DNA of 22,815 nucleotides from positions 1 to 22,815 of the forward strand of contig JAJHRB010000020.1 of the NCBI GenBank assembly GCA_020833025.1, written 5' to 3'. This document shows positions 1-8,180 of this stretch, one piece after another (within the stretch, counting starts at the first letter, position 1; each line of letters opens with the position of its first letter). The position numbers and the translations under genes are program-made. Under the pieces are notes generated by a model. The model did no database searches. It was not told the origin of the DNA and saw only the letters and a list, made by a program, of their open reading frames with translations. Source of the DNA: Thermoproteaceae archaeon (GTDB lineage: Archaea > Thermoproteota > Thermoprotei > Thermoproteales > Thermoproteaceae).

Positions 1-9
1 CTGCATCAC

Positions 10-459
10 ATGCGCGGCCTGACGAGCATGGAGATAGCGATAATCGTCGGCATAATACTGGTGATAGCGGTCGCGGTTGGCTGGTGGCTCTACACGACGG
101 CAGGCGCAGCCATGACCGGCCAGCCGAGGCTCAACGTGGTCACCGCCGAGGTCACGGCTAACGACAAGATGCTCACGCTGGTGATGGTCAATCCCGGGCC
201 GGTCGACGCGCAGATAAGCGCGGTGGAGCTGGCCGGGCAGACCGTCAGCGGCGACGGCATAACGTGCGAGGGGCAGAACGTGCAGGGCCTGGTCGTAAAG
301 GTCGGCGCGCAGGCAACGTGCACCGCGACTTTCAGCGGTCTCACGATGGCGCCGGGCACGACGCTGAGCGGCCGCGTGATACTCGCCGGCGGCCAGAGCT
401 TCCCGTTCACGGCGGTAGTCAAGCCGGGCACGACGTCTACCACGACAACAAGCGAATAA
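10..459 (+). CDS. Archaeal type IV pilin (class III signal peptide)
   Basis: MRG|LTSMEIAIIVGIILVIAVAVGWWLY has a basic residue at -2, Gly at -1, Glu at +5 and a hydrophobic helix. From memory it resembles the Pyrobaculum pilin (xTSxEIAII...GW.LYTT...GR.vLA.G...PFTA.V). There is no in-frame stop before position 10, so the leader could extend outside the window. Confidence 0.9.
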   Translation: MRGLTSMEIAIIVGIILVIAVAVGWWLYTTAGAAMTGQPRLNVVTAEVTANDKMLTLVMVNPGPVDAQISAVELAGQTVSGDGITCEGQNVQGLVVKVGAQATCTATFSGLTMAPGTTLSGRVILAGGQSFPFTAVVKPGTTSTTTTSE

Positions 460-484
460 GCCTCCCAAGCGCGCAGGAAACCTC

Positions 485-500
485 TTGTTTTCTGTGTTTT
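485..500 (+). terminator. T-rich tract, possible archaeal terminator or attenuator after the pilin
   Basis: TTGTTTTCTGTGTTTT lies 25 nt after the pilin stop in a ~70% GC background. Confidence 0.4.
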
Positions 501-502
501 CC

Positions 503-3145
503 ATGAACTCCCCCGAGAGGCACGCCCTCGTGCTCGCCGCGCTCCTGCTGGCCGCGCTAGCGGCCCTCGCAGGCGCCTGCCTGATCCCGGCGGAGTCCGG
601 CGATGTATTCTACAGGGCGGCTCCCGGCTCGGTCGGCGCGATCGGCGCCGACGGGAGGGAGCTCTGGTCGCAGGGCGCCGCCTACCCGCTGATCGCAGCC
701 GACAGGGCGGGCAGGTGCATCGCGGTCGCCAACAGGCCGTACGCGTACGACGTGAGGGTCTGGAGGCACGAGGCGCAGGTGTCGGCGCCGGTCCAGCTCA
801 GGCTCTCCGACGAGCTCGTCAGCGCGCTGAGGCAGTACGGAGTCCAGCTGCCGCAGACCGTGATGGTAGTAATGAACCTCTCGCTGCCGCTGCCTCCCGT
901 CGTCTTCGCGTCGGTTTACAAGACGTCAGTGCTGTCGCTCCACGCGCCTGGCGGCTACCCGCTGTGGGCCCTCAACCTCGGCCCGCGCGCCAACGTGACA
1001 GCGCTCGCGACGGACTGCGACCGCGTGGCCGCCGGCACGGCGGCAGGCGACGTGTACGTAGTCCGCGGCGGCGCCGTCGAGGCCGCCGTCAGGCTCGGCT
1101 CGCCGGTCGCGGCCGTGGCGGTCGGGGCGGGCGCGATTTACGCCGGCACCGAGGGCGGCGGGATTTACGCAGTGACGGCAGCTGGAACCACAAAAATTGC
1201 CGAGTGTGGCGGCGCCGTCTACGGGCTGTACGTGAGCGCCGGCGGAATGCCTGTCGCGCTCTGCTTCGAGAAGCGCGAGAGGCCGTACCTCCGCGTCTAC
1301 CCCCACGGCATCACGCTACAGGACCCCGTCCTCGTCGCCTACAGCACAGACGCGCCGAGGCTGGCGTTCGCGGCGAGCCAGGACGGCAGGTGGCTCTTCG
1401 TCGGCACCGCGGACGGGGTGGTGGCCATCAGGGAAGGCAGGATTGCGTGGCGGCGGCCACTGCCCGCCCCGCCGACTGCAGTGGCGTCCTCGTGGAACGG
1501 CTCCGTCGTCGCAGTCGGCACGCTCGCAGGCCACCTGCTCGTGTTTAAAGACGGCGTTCCCGTCCTGAGGACCGACCCGATCTCCGCGTACCTCCTCGCG
1601 AGGAACGCCACGGCGGTCGAGGAGGCCGTGAGGGCAGTCAGGCCTGTCACTTCAGTCGCAGTGTCGTTCGACGGGAGGGTCATTGCCGTCGAGACGTGGG
1701 ACTCAGTCCGCGTCGTGCTCACGGCGAGAGTGCCTTATGCCGTGGAGGCCCCGGATGAGTGCCTGCCCGCCGAGGCCGCCGTGATTGCGGGCGACGCCGC
1801 CTACCTGTACGCGCTTGATAGGTCCGGCGCGCTCTACGTGCCCTACGGCAGGGTCTCGGTGCGCCCGCTGTATAGGTACCTCGACGGGGCCCGCTGCCGG
1901 CCGCTCCAGAACATCACGCTGGCGGTATTCGGCGATGTTCTCGAGCCTGTCAGGATACGCTACGTCAAGGAGTACCGCGTTGCGCTGTCGCCGCCGGGCC
2001 TCGTCAGGGGGCCCGAGTGGGCCTCCGGCGCTGTGACGGTGTACGCCCAGACGCCGGTGCCCGTCCAGACGGCGGGGCCCGCGCAGGCCAGGCTCGCGCT
2101 CGCCGGCTGGAGGGTCAACGGGAGGCCTCTCAACTTGACTCTGCCGGCCCTCACTGTCAGCGTGGCTGGGCCGACGCTTGTCGAGGCGCTGTACAGGGTG
2201 GAGGCGCCCGAGCACGTCCAGCTCGACGAGGGCAGCAGGCTCAGGCTCGACCACGTCGTCGTCCTCGACGCGTCCGGCAGCCCGGTCGCGTCGGGCAGGG
2301 CGCCCGTGATATCAGCGTACCCCGTCACCGTCGTGGCGAGCTACGTGAGGCAGTTCAGGGCGTCGACGAGGTGGCCCGCGCGGGTCAACGGCAGCCAGAG
2401 TGCGTGGGCGGACGCGGGCTCCCGCCTGGTCTTCGAGGCGCCGGACGTCGACTTCGGCAACGGGACCCGCCTCTCGTTCAGGAGGTGGGCGGAGACAGGC
2501 GAGAGGTCCCGCGTCGTTGTGATGACCGCGGACGCGCCTGTCTCGCTGACGCCCGTCTATGCCGTCGAGTACAGGGTGTGGGTCCGGCCGCCGGCGCGCG
2601 TCGTCGAGCCGCCGAACGCCACGTGGGTCGAGCGGGGGTCCCTCGTGAGGGCGGCCGCGCCGCAGGTCCTGGAGGAGGCCGGCGGCGTCAGGGTAGTCGT
2701 CGATAGGTGGGCCGTGAACGGCGAGGTCAACGCGTCGCTGGCAGGGCCGTCGGCTGCCGTGCGCGCCCGCGGCCCGCTCAACCTGACCTTCACGACAAAG
2801 CGTCAGTACCTCGTGACGCTGGTCTCGAGGTACGGCTCGGTGCCCGGCCGGCTGTGGGCGGACGAGGGCACCGCGCTTTACGCGGCGCCAGTGCCTCAGG
2901 ACGTCTGGGACCCGCCGCCGCTCCACTGGGTCTTCTCCGGCTGGCGCGACCTGTCCACCGGCGCCGTCGCCCGCACGCCCGTCATAACGAGGCCCGCAAC
3001 GTACGAGGCTGCATGGTCTCTCGACCCGGTCCCGCTCGCGGCAGTGGGGGGCGCCGCGGGCGCTGCGGGGGCGCTGGCGTGGCTGAGGAAGAAGGGCAGG
3101 CTCACGCTCAGGAGGGGCGCCGTGGCTGAGGAGGAGCTCGCCTAG
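503..3145 (+). CDS. Large membrane-anchored surface protein (880 aa): N-terminal WD40/PQQ-like beta-propeller, several beta-sandwich-like repeats, C-terminal TM anchor; putative adhesin
   Basis: The ATG at 503 is preferred over the TTG at 485 and is followed by a signal peptide. Blade-like repeats: VTALATDCDRVAAGTAAGDVY, VAAVAVGAGAIYAGTEGGGIY, PTAVASSWNGSVVAVGTLAGHL. Y/F-x-V...W...G...W repeats occur in the C-terminal half. It ends with a hydrophobic segment followed by RKKGR and has 11 N-x-S/T sequons. Confidence 0.8.
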   Translation: MNSPERHALVLAALLLAALAALAGACLIPAESGDVFYRAAPGSVGAIGADGRELWSQGAAYPLIAADRAGRCIAVANRPYAYDVRVWRHEAQVSAPVQLRLSDELVSALRQYGVQLPQTVMVVMNLSLPLPPVVFASVYKTSVLSLHAPGGYPLWALNLGPRANVTALATDCDRVAAGTAAGDVYVVRGGAVEAAVRLGSPVAAVAVGAGAIYAGTEGGGIYAVTAAGTTKIAECGGAVYGLYVSAGGMPVALCFEKRERPYLRVYPHGITLQDPVLVAYSTDAPRLAFAASQDGRWLFVGTADGVVAIREGRIAWRRPLPAPPTAVASSWNGSVVAVGTLAGHLLVFKDGVPVLRTDPISAYLLARNATAVEEAVRAVRPVTSVAVSFDGRVIAVETWDSVRVVLTARVPYAVEAPDECLPAEAAVIAGDAAYLYALDRSGALYVPYGRVSVRPLYRYLDGARCRPLQNITLAVFGDVLEPVRIRYVKEYRVALSPPGLVRGPEWASGAVTVYAQTPVPVQTAGPAQARLALAGWRVNGRPLNLTLPALTVSVAGPTLVEALYRVEAPEHVQLDEGSRLRLDHVVVLDASGSPVASGRAPVISAYPVTVVASYVRQFRASTRWPARVNGSQSAWADAGSRLVFEAPDVDFGNGTRLSFRRWAETGERSRVVVMTADAPVSLTPVYAVEYRVWVRPPARVVEPPNATWVERGSLVRAAAPQVLEEAGGVRVVVDRWAVNGEVNASLAGPSAAVRARGPLNLTFTTKRQYLVTLVSRYGSVPGRLWADEGTALYAAPVPQDVWDPPPLHWVFSGWRDLSTGAVARTPVITRPATYEAAWSLDPVPLAAVGGAAGAAGALAWLRKKGRLTLRRGAVAEEELA

Positions 3146-3567
3146 CGCGGCAAGTAGTACGCTATCTCGACCCCGTCGACGCAGAACTTGACCATTCCCG
3201 GCGTGAGGTCAGGGCAGCCGAGCCTGTCCAGCTCGACGCTCTCGGCCGGCAGGGGCTGCGGCGCGGGGGGCTCGGGAAGCGGCGGTATCACCTCTGGCAG
3301 GCTCGCCGTCGTTATGTAGCTCTCGCCAGGCCCTATCACGATCGTGTAGCTGCCGAGCCCGAGGTCGTCTGCCATCCTCCTGGCCTCGACGAGCGTCTCC
3401 AGCACGGACGAGAGCGCGAGGTAGAGGTGGCCGAGAGTGCCGAGCGCTATCGAGTACTCGCCGGCCCGGCTGCGCGCGAGGGCGAGCGGCGCGGCCTCGA
3501 TGTGCGGCAGGAGGGACCTGACGCGCCAGATAAGCTCGCCGACGCTGGAGGAGCTGGCGACGATCAC
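3142..3567 (-). CDS. Hypothetical protein (141 aa) with Pro-rich linker
   Basis: GTG start 2 nt after the stop of the upstream small gene. Coding-like codon pattern. 4-nt convergent overlap with the surface-protein stop. Confidence 0.7.
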   Translation of the reverse strand: MIVASSSSVGELIWRVRSLLPHIEAAPLALARSRAGEYSIALGTLGHLYLALSSVLETLVEARRMADDLGLGSYTIVIGPGESYITTASLPEVIPPLPEPPAPQPLPAESVELDRLGCPDLTPGMVKFCVDGVEIAYYLPR

Positions 3568-3569
3568 GG

Positions 3570-3710
3570 CTACAGTATCACCCTCACCCTCTTCCCCTCA
3601 AGCACCTCGACGTATACCTCCTCGTCGGGCCCGAGCACTCTCAGCAGCACGCCCTTCACTCGCTCGCCCACTTGGAGCTCGGCGACCCGCCTCTTGACGA
3701 GGCCCCTCAC
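3570..3710 (-). CDS. Small hypothetical protein (46 aa) MRGLVKRRVAELQVGERVKGVLLRVLGPDEEVYVEVLEGKRVRVIL
   Basis: Translated by hand and absent from the ORF track. The GTG start overlaps the TGA of the upstream gene (GTGA coupling) and the TAG lies 2 nt before the next GTG. It fills the gap exactly and uses typical AGG/GAG/GTG codons. Confidence 0.7.
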   Translation of the reverse strand: MRGLVKRRVAELQVGERVKGVLLRVLGPDEEVYVEVLEGKRVRVIL

Positions 3711-3925
3711 GGCACCACGACCACCTCCCTCCCCCTGAAGATCACGTAGACGTCGCGCGGCATCTTCCTCAGCAGCCAGAGCGGCACGCCGGCGGGTCTC
3801 GGCGGCCAGTAGAAGTTAACCCTAGCGCCCCTGACGGCGACGGGCTCGGCGCCGTGCCTCCTCAGCTGCCTCAGCGCCTCCTCGACCGCCTCTACCAGCT
3901 GCACCTGCGAGGTGTGGACTATCAC
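3707..3925 (-). CDS. Small hypothetical protein (72 aa)
   Basis: GTG start about 25 nt downstream of a minus-strand TATA-like TTAAAT. Coupled to the next gene by a GTGA overlap. Confidence 0.65.
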   Translation of the reverse strand: MIVHTSQVQLVEAVEEALRQLRRHGAEPVAVRGARVNFYWPPRPAGVPLWLLRKMPRDVYVIFRGREVVVVP

Positions 3926-3946
3926 GAGCCCTGTCGCGTAACGGAG

Positions 3947-3970
3947 AATTTAACTATAATAAACACATAA
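3947..3970. promoter_or_regulatory. Bidirectional TATA region for the small-gene operon (minus) and the wHTH-TadC-ATPase operon (plus)
   Basis: AATTTAACTATAATAAACACATAA is an AT island with TATA-like words about 20-28 nt from both GTG starts (3925 and 3978). Confidence 0.7.
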
Positions 3971-3977
3971 CACTCAC

Positions 3978-4352
3978 GTGGACGTCCTGAGGCTCACGGC
4001 CTCCGCCCTCCTCGCCCTCGGGGAGGCAGACTTCGAGGACATCTACGCGCTCGTGTGCGTCGCGGCCAGGGAGCTCGGCGCGAGGGCCCCCGGCCGTGAG
4101 GAGGTCAGGGCGGCGCTCGAGGAGCTGGCGAGGAGGGGCGCGGCGGCGAGGTGCGAGGAGATGCTGCACGACCTCTCCGGCAGTGCCGGCGAGAGGTACG
4201 TTGCGACGGAGAGGGCGAGGGAAGTCGCCGCGGGGCTCCCGCCCGGAGCCGCGATGCTGCTGGAGATGAGGTACGTCACTCCGTCCTTTTACCACCTCGT
4301 CAGGTTCGGCGCGGCGGGAGGCAGGCGCAGAGCCGCGGCGAAAGCCCGCTGA
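3978..4352 (+). CDS. Putative winged helix-turn-helix protein
   Basis: EEVRAALEELARRGAAAR...ERYVATERAREV fits the PadR/MarR-like 'L..L...G.v....Y..T..G' pattern. First gene of the pilus assembly operon. Confidence 0.55.
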   Translation: MDVLRLTASALLALGEADFEDIYALVCVAARELGARAPGREEVRAALEELARRGAAARCEEMLHDLSGSAGERYVATERAREVAAGLPPGAAMLLEMRYVTPSFYHLVRFGAAGGRRRAAAKAR

Positions 4353-4368
4353 GGCGCAGTGAGCCGGC

Positions 4369-5886
4369 ATGATATCGAGAATCCTTAGGTGGGAGCTCAG
4401 GGGGGTGTGGAGCACGGATCTCGACCCGCTGCAGTTCAGGAGGGCCGCGCTCGCGCTCGTGCGACTCGGCCTCGCCGCCCTTGCCGCCGGCGCGGCGCTC
4501 GCGCTCGCGGGCCTCCCGCCGGCCCCCCTGATAGCCGCGGGGGGCGCGCTGCTGCTCCTGCTGCCGAGGATCATCATCGGGGTCAGGTCTGCCGCCGTCC
4601 GCGAGATGGTATCGGCCGAGCTGCCGTTCTTCACGGCGCTCGTGCAGATGGCATTTGCCGCGAGGGCCCCCCTCGGGCTTGTCGTAGAGCGGATGACGAG
4701 GTACAGGGAGCTGCCTGGCGTCAGGGCGCTCGCGCTCGCGGCGTGGAACAACTCGAGAATGCTGGGCCTAGAGCCGTTCGACGCGCTGAAGCGCGCCGTC
4801 GAGAAGCTGGCGCCCCAGAAGCTGGTCTACCGCTTCAACTCCCTCTACACGGCCATGAGAATCGGCGAGGACGTCATGGCTAAGCTCTCGCTATACATGG
4901 ACATGGACTTCGCCGAGTTCTCGGCGGGCATGCAGAGGAGGATGGACAGGCTCACCTCGCTCATATCGGCGCTGGTCGTCGGCATGGCCATGCTCTCCGT
5001 GACCGCAGCCGTAATAGGCAGGGGGAGCCCCGCCATGGTGGTGCTTGTGGGCGGCATGCTCCCTGCAGTTCTCGGCATTGTGCTGTCCCTGGCCATAAAC
5101 ATCCCGCTCATGAAGATGGAGCTGAGGGCAGTCCCGCTCGCGGCGGCCGCGGCCTCTTGCGCCGCGATGGTGGCCGCCGGGCTCCTGTGGCAGTCGCCGT
5201 ACGCGCCGCTCCTGCCCGCGGGAGTCGCGCTCGCAGGGTGGGCCGCGACGAGGGGCGTGAGCCAGAGGGCTCTCGAGAGGGGGTTCATGGACTTTGTGTA
5301 CACCGTCTTCGACGAGCTGAAGAGAACGCCGTCCGTCTACCGCGCGGTTGAGAACGCCGTGACCTTCGGCGACTACGGCCCCTTCAACGCGAGGGCAGCT
5401 GCCGTCCTCAACGCGCTCAGGGTCGGGGACAGCAGGATAGAGGACGTGGCGCTGAGGGGGCTCCAGCCCGTCTCCTCCGTCGTCCTCAGGATGCTCTTCG
5501 ACATCCACAGGCTCGGCACGCTGCCGCGCGGGACCGTAGACCAGCTGCAGAACTTCGTGCTGAAGCTCTTCGAGTACAGGTCAGAGCTCGAGAAGGCCCT
5601 CGGCGTCGCCCGCCTCCTGGCCCTCGCCGGGGCTGCAATGGTGGCGTTCGTCAACGCCGCGATGCTCCAGCTGGCCGCAGCCCTCTCGAAGATCTCGGCC
5701 GGCGCGCAGCTCGCGGGAGTCGGGACGGGCGCCCTCTACGCGTCAATCGGCATGATGGGGGCGGGCTACTACGTGCTCTTCAGCAAGATAGGCTTCTCGA
5801 CGAGAAGCGGCCTGCTCTACCTCGGCCTCCTCTTCCTCGCGGTGCTCGCCGCAGTGACCGCGACGGGGGCCCTGCTTAGAGTGTAG
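4369..5886 (+). CDS. Type IV pilus platform membrane protein (TadC/ArlJ-like, two T2SS-F-type domains)
   Basis: Two cytoplasmic domains (ELPFFTALVQMAFAA...; FVYTVFDELKR...GDYG) each followed by TM helices. Directly upstream of a secretion ATPase. Confidence 0.85.
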   Translation: MISRILRWELRGVWSTDLDPLQFRRAALALVRLGLAALAAGAALALAGLPPAPLIAAGGALLLLLPRIIIGVRSAAVREMVSAELPFFTALVQMAFAARAPLGLVVERMTRYRELPGVRALALAAWNNSRMLGLEPFDALKRAVEKLAPQKLVYRFNSLYTAMRIGEDVMAKLSLYMDMDFAEFSAGMQRRMDRLTSLISALVVGMAMLSVTAAVIGRGSPAMVVLVGGMLPAVLGIVLSLAINIPLMKMELRAVPLAAAAASCAAMVAAGLLWQSPYAPLLPAGVALAGWAATRGVSQRALERGFMDFVYTVFDELKRTPSVYRAVENAVTFGDYGPFNARAAAVLNALRVGDSRIEDVALRGLQPVSSVVLRMLFDIHRLGTLPRGTVDQLQNFVLKLFEYRSELEKALGVARLLALAGAAMVAFVNAAMLQLAAALSKISAGAQLAGVGTGALYASIGMMGAGYYVLFSKIGFSTRSGLLYLGLLFLAVLAAVTATGALLRV

Positions 5887-5888
5887 CC

Positions 5889-7361
5889 GTGCTGGGCTTC
5901 AGGATAGAGCCCTGCAGGGGGAGCGCCGTCGAGGAGTACGCCTCGGAGGGAGCCCGCGTGAGGATATACAGGGAGGGCGGGGGGTACTGCTACGCCGTGG
6001 AGTACGCGTTCCCGTACCTGGAGGCCGTCGGCGAGTACGTCTACAAGGTCGTCGAGTACCTCACGGCGCACCAGCTGGTGAGGCCGAGCATCACGAGGGA
6101 CGAGCTCGGCAAGCTGGTAGACATGGCGGTGAGAGAGCTGGGAGTGCCGAGGCAGCTCAGGGCCGCTGTGAGGTACTTCGTGCAGCTAGAGGCGGCCGAG
6201 TACTCGTACCTGACGCCCCTGCTCTACGACACCAGGCTCGAGAACGTGAACATAAACGGCGTCGACGTCCCGATATACGTCGACCACAGGGACTACGGGT
6301 ACAACCTGAGGACGAACATCGTGCCCGCCAGCAGGGAGGCGCTCGTAAAGATAGTCGGGAGGGTCTACGCGGAGACGGGCAGGCCGCTGAACGAGCAGTA
6401 CCCCATTCAGGACACTTACGTCAGGCTGAGAAACGGCGCGCTCCTGCGCTTCGCGGCCGTGATATCGCAGAGAGTTGCCAGGAACCCGCCCTACGTCTCG
6501 GTGCGCATCCAGCCGCCGAGCCCGATATCTCCCACCGAGCTGGTGAGGAGGAGGACGGTCTCGCCCCTCGCCGCGGCCTACCTGTGGTACCTCCTCGAGC
6601 ACTACAAGTCAGTAATGATAATAGGCGGCACCGCGAGCGGCAAGACGACGCTGCTCAACTCACTGCTGCTGCTGCTCCCGCACAAGCGGCTGGCAGTGGC
6701 TGAGGAGACGCCAGAGATAAGAATGCCGCCGAGCTACCAGAACGCTGTCATGCTCTTCACGTCGCCAATGTACGACTACATGAGGGGGCTCCCGGGCTCT
6801 GAGTCTGCCATATACCTGATAGACCTGGTGAAGTACATCCTCAGGGCAAGGCCGGACATTGTCGTGATAGGGGAGAGCCGCGGGCGCGAGGTGCACGAGC
6901 TCATACAGGGAATACTGGTCGGGCACGGCGGCGCGACGACATTCCACGCAGAGGACGTCGTGGAGGCCCTCGTCAGGCTCACGGGCGAGGCAATCGGCGT
7001 CTCGCCGGACCAGCTCTCTGCGTTTCACGTGATAGTGACCATGAAGAAACTTGAGCGGGGCAGGCGCGTCGCGTCAATAACAGAGCTCGTGTGGCTTAGG
7101 GCGCACCCGCTCAGCGCGCCGGCAAAAATTACAGTGAGGGGCGAGGAGTTCGGCCTCGTCACCGTTGGCTGGTACAACCAGCAGACGGACGCCGTGGAGG
7201 TAGACCTGAGGCGCTCGTTCTGGCTGCAGAGGCTCGGGGGGCACGACGAGGTGCTGAGGAGGGCAGAGCTCCTCGCCGCGCTCGCCGACAGGGGCATCGT
7301 GGGCGCGGAGGAGGTGGGGGCGGCGGTCAGGAGGTACTATGATCAATTACGGAAGCCCTAG
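5889..7361 (+). CDS. Type II/IV secretion system ATPase (ArlI/TadA/VirB11 family), pilus assembly motor
   Basis: Walker A GGTASGKTT, Asp-box variant AEETPEI, Walker B RARPDIVVIGESRG, His-box TFHA, and the conserved PLLYDTRLENVNING motif. Confidence 0.95.
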   Translation: MLGFRIEPCRGSAVEEYASEGARVRIYREGGGYCYAVEYAFPYLEAVGEYVYKVVEYLTAHQLVRPSITRDELGKLVDMAVRELGVPRQLRAAVRYFVQLEAAEYSYLTPLLYDTRLENVNINGVDVPIYVDHRDYGYNLRTNIVPASREALVKIVGRVYAETGRPLNEQYPIQDTYVRLRNGALLRFAAVISQRVARNPPYVSVRIQPPSPISPTELVRRRTVSPLAAAYLWYLLEHYKSVMIIGGTASGKTTLLNSLLLLLPHKRLAVAEETPEIRMPPSYQNAVMLFTSPMYDYMRGLPGSESAIYLIDLVKYILRARPDIVVIGESRGREVHELIQGILVGHGGATTFHAEDVVEALVRLTGEAIGVSPDQLSAFHVIVTMKKLERGRRVASITELVWLRAHPLSAPAKITVRGEEFGLVTVGWYNQQTDAVEVDLRRSFWLQRLGGHDEVLRRAELLAALADRGIVGAEEVGAAVRRYYDQLRKP

Positions 7362-7551
7362 GGAGCTAGCCGAGGCTATAAGGCGGGAGGTCGAGCTGCT
7401 GGAGTCGCTCAGGGGGCTCGACAAGAGGCTCGACGCGTTCATAAAGAGACGCGTCGGGCTCCTCAAGGCCTGCCTGGCGAGAGTGGAGGGAGCGCCCCAC
7501 GGAGTCTACCAGCTCGTCGCAGTGGACTCCTGCGAGCTCGTGCCGGTATGA
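7339..7551 (+). CDS. Hypothetical protein (70 aa)
   Basis: The ATG overlaps the ATPase 3' end by 23 nt with a GGAGG SD-like site upstream. Its stop overlaps the next ATG. Predicted helical. Confidence 0.7.
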   Translation: MINYGSPRELAEAIRREVELLESLRGLDKRLDAFIKRRVGLLKACLARVEGAPHGVYQLVAVDSCELVPV

Positions 7552-8060
7552 TCGACGCGCTCGTTGCGGCGGCCCTCGGGGCCGTTTACGCGCTCGGCGG
7601 GGCCCTCATTAGGGACTTGAGGGCCCTCGCGATCTTCACCTGCCTGGCGTGGGCGGCGGCCTTCCTGACCGCGCTTCTCTGCTCAATGCCCGCGGCCGTG
7701 CTGAGCGTTGCCGGGCTGGCGAGCGCCGCGGTCAAGATAGGCAGGGCTAAGAGACACGCCATAAAGAGAGTGCTGCGCGTGTACAAGTCGCTCGCGAGGC
7801 TCGTGAGGCTTGAGGAGAGCGTCGCGGGCGTGCCGGAGAGGATACTCGACGTGATTCCTGCAGGCACGGTCCGGCGGGTGCACCCGAGAGTCGTGGAGGC
7901 TCTGCGGGCCGCCCAGCGCGCTGCCGCTGCAGGCTACGCGGTCGAGCTGCCCAAGTGGGCGAGGCAGGTCTCGTGGTACCTGTCAGTGATAGGCCCGGAG
8001 CTGAAGGCGGAGAGGGCGCTCGTGCTGGGAGAGCACGAGATAGTAGAGCTGCAGCGCTAG
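7548..8060 (+). CDS. Hypothetical membrane protein (170 aa; 2-3 N-terminal TM helices, basic cytoplasmic domain)
   Basis: ATGA overlap with the previous gene and a hydrophobic N-terminal 60 aa. Confidence 0.7.
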   Translation: MIDALVAAALGAVYALGGALIRDLRALAIFTCLAWAAAFLTALLCSMPAAVLSVAGLASAAVKIGRAKRHAIKRVLRVYKSLARLVRLEESVAGVPERILDVIPAGTVRRVHPRVVEALRAAQRAAAAGYAVELPKWARQVSWYLSVIGPELKAERALVLGEHEIVELQR

Positions 8061-8100
8061 CGCCGAGCTCGTGATAGGGGCCGTCGCGGCGCGATGCGGC

Positions 8101-8180
8101 ACCCGGAGTTACGGGCACTGGGGGCACAGTCCCAGTCTCTTCATCCCCGCCATAAGTGACGGGACTTTCAGTCGTAACGT
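8101..8180 (-). mobile_element. Three-hairpin cluster downstream of tRNA-Gly; the first hairpin resembles an IS200/IS605-family end (possible relic)
   Basis: The minus strand reads CTGAAAGT-CCCGTCA-CTTA-TGGCGGG-GATGAAG, then ACTGGG..CCCAGT and CCCG..CGGG stems. It resembles, from memory, the AAGCCCCGYCCTTTAGGGCGGGGA-type subterminal hairpin. No tnpA or tnpB is nearby. Confidence 0.35.

Noticed and set aside
4369-7361. Archaellum (ArlI/ArlJ) or conjugation (VirB11) assignment
   Set aside because: There is no ArlH, ArlF, ArlG or ArlB and no VirB4 or coupling protein. The pilin type indicates a type IV pilus.
8138-8175. CTGA...GATGA as a box C/D sRNA, K-turn or hammerhead ribozyme
   Set aside because: There is no flanking C box or terminal D box, the extra nucleotides are on the wrong side for a canonical K-turn, and the hammerhead core (CUGANGA...GAAA) is incomplete.
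8160-8175. GAAAGTCC as the RNase P RNA CR-I motif
   Set aside because: It lacks the preceding GAG(G), has no matching P4 3' strand, and leaves too little room for even a minimal type T RNA.
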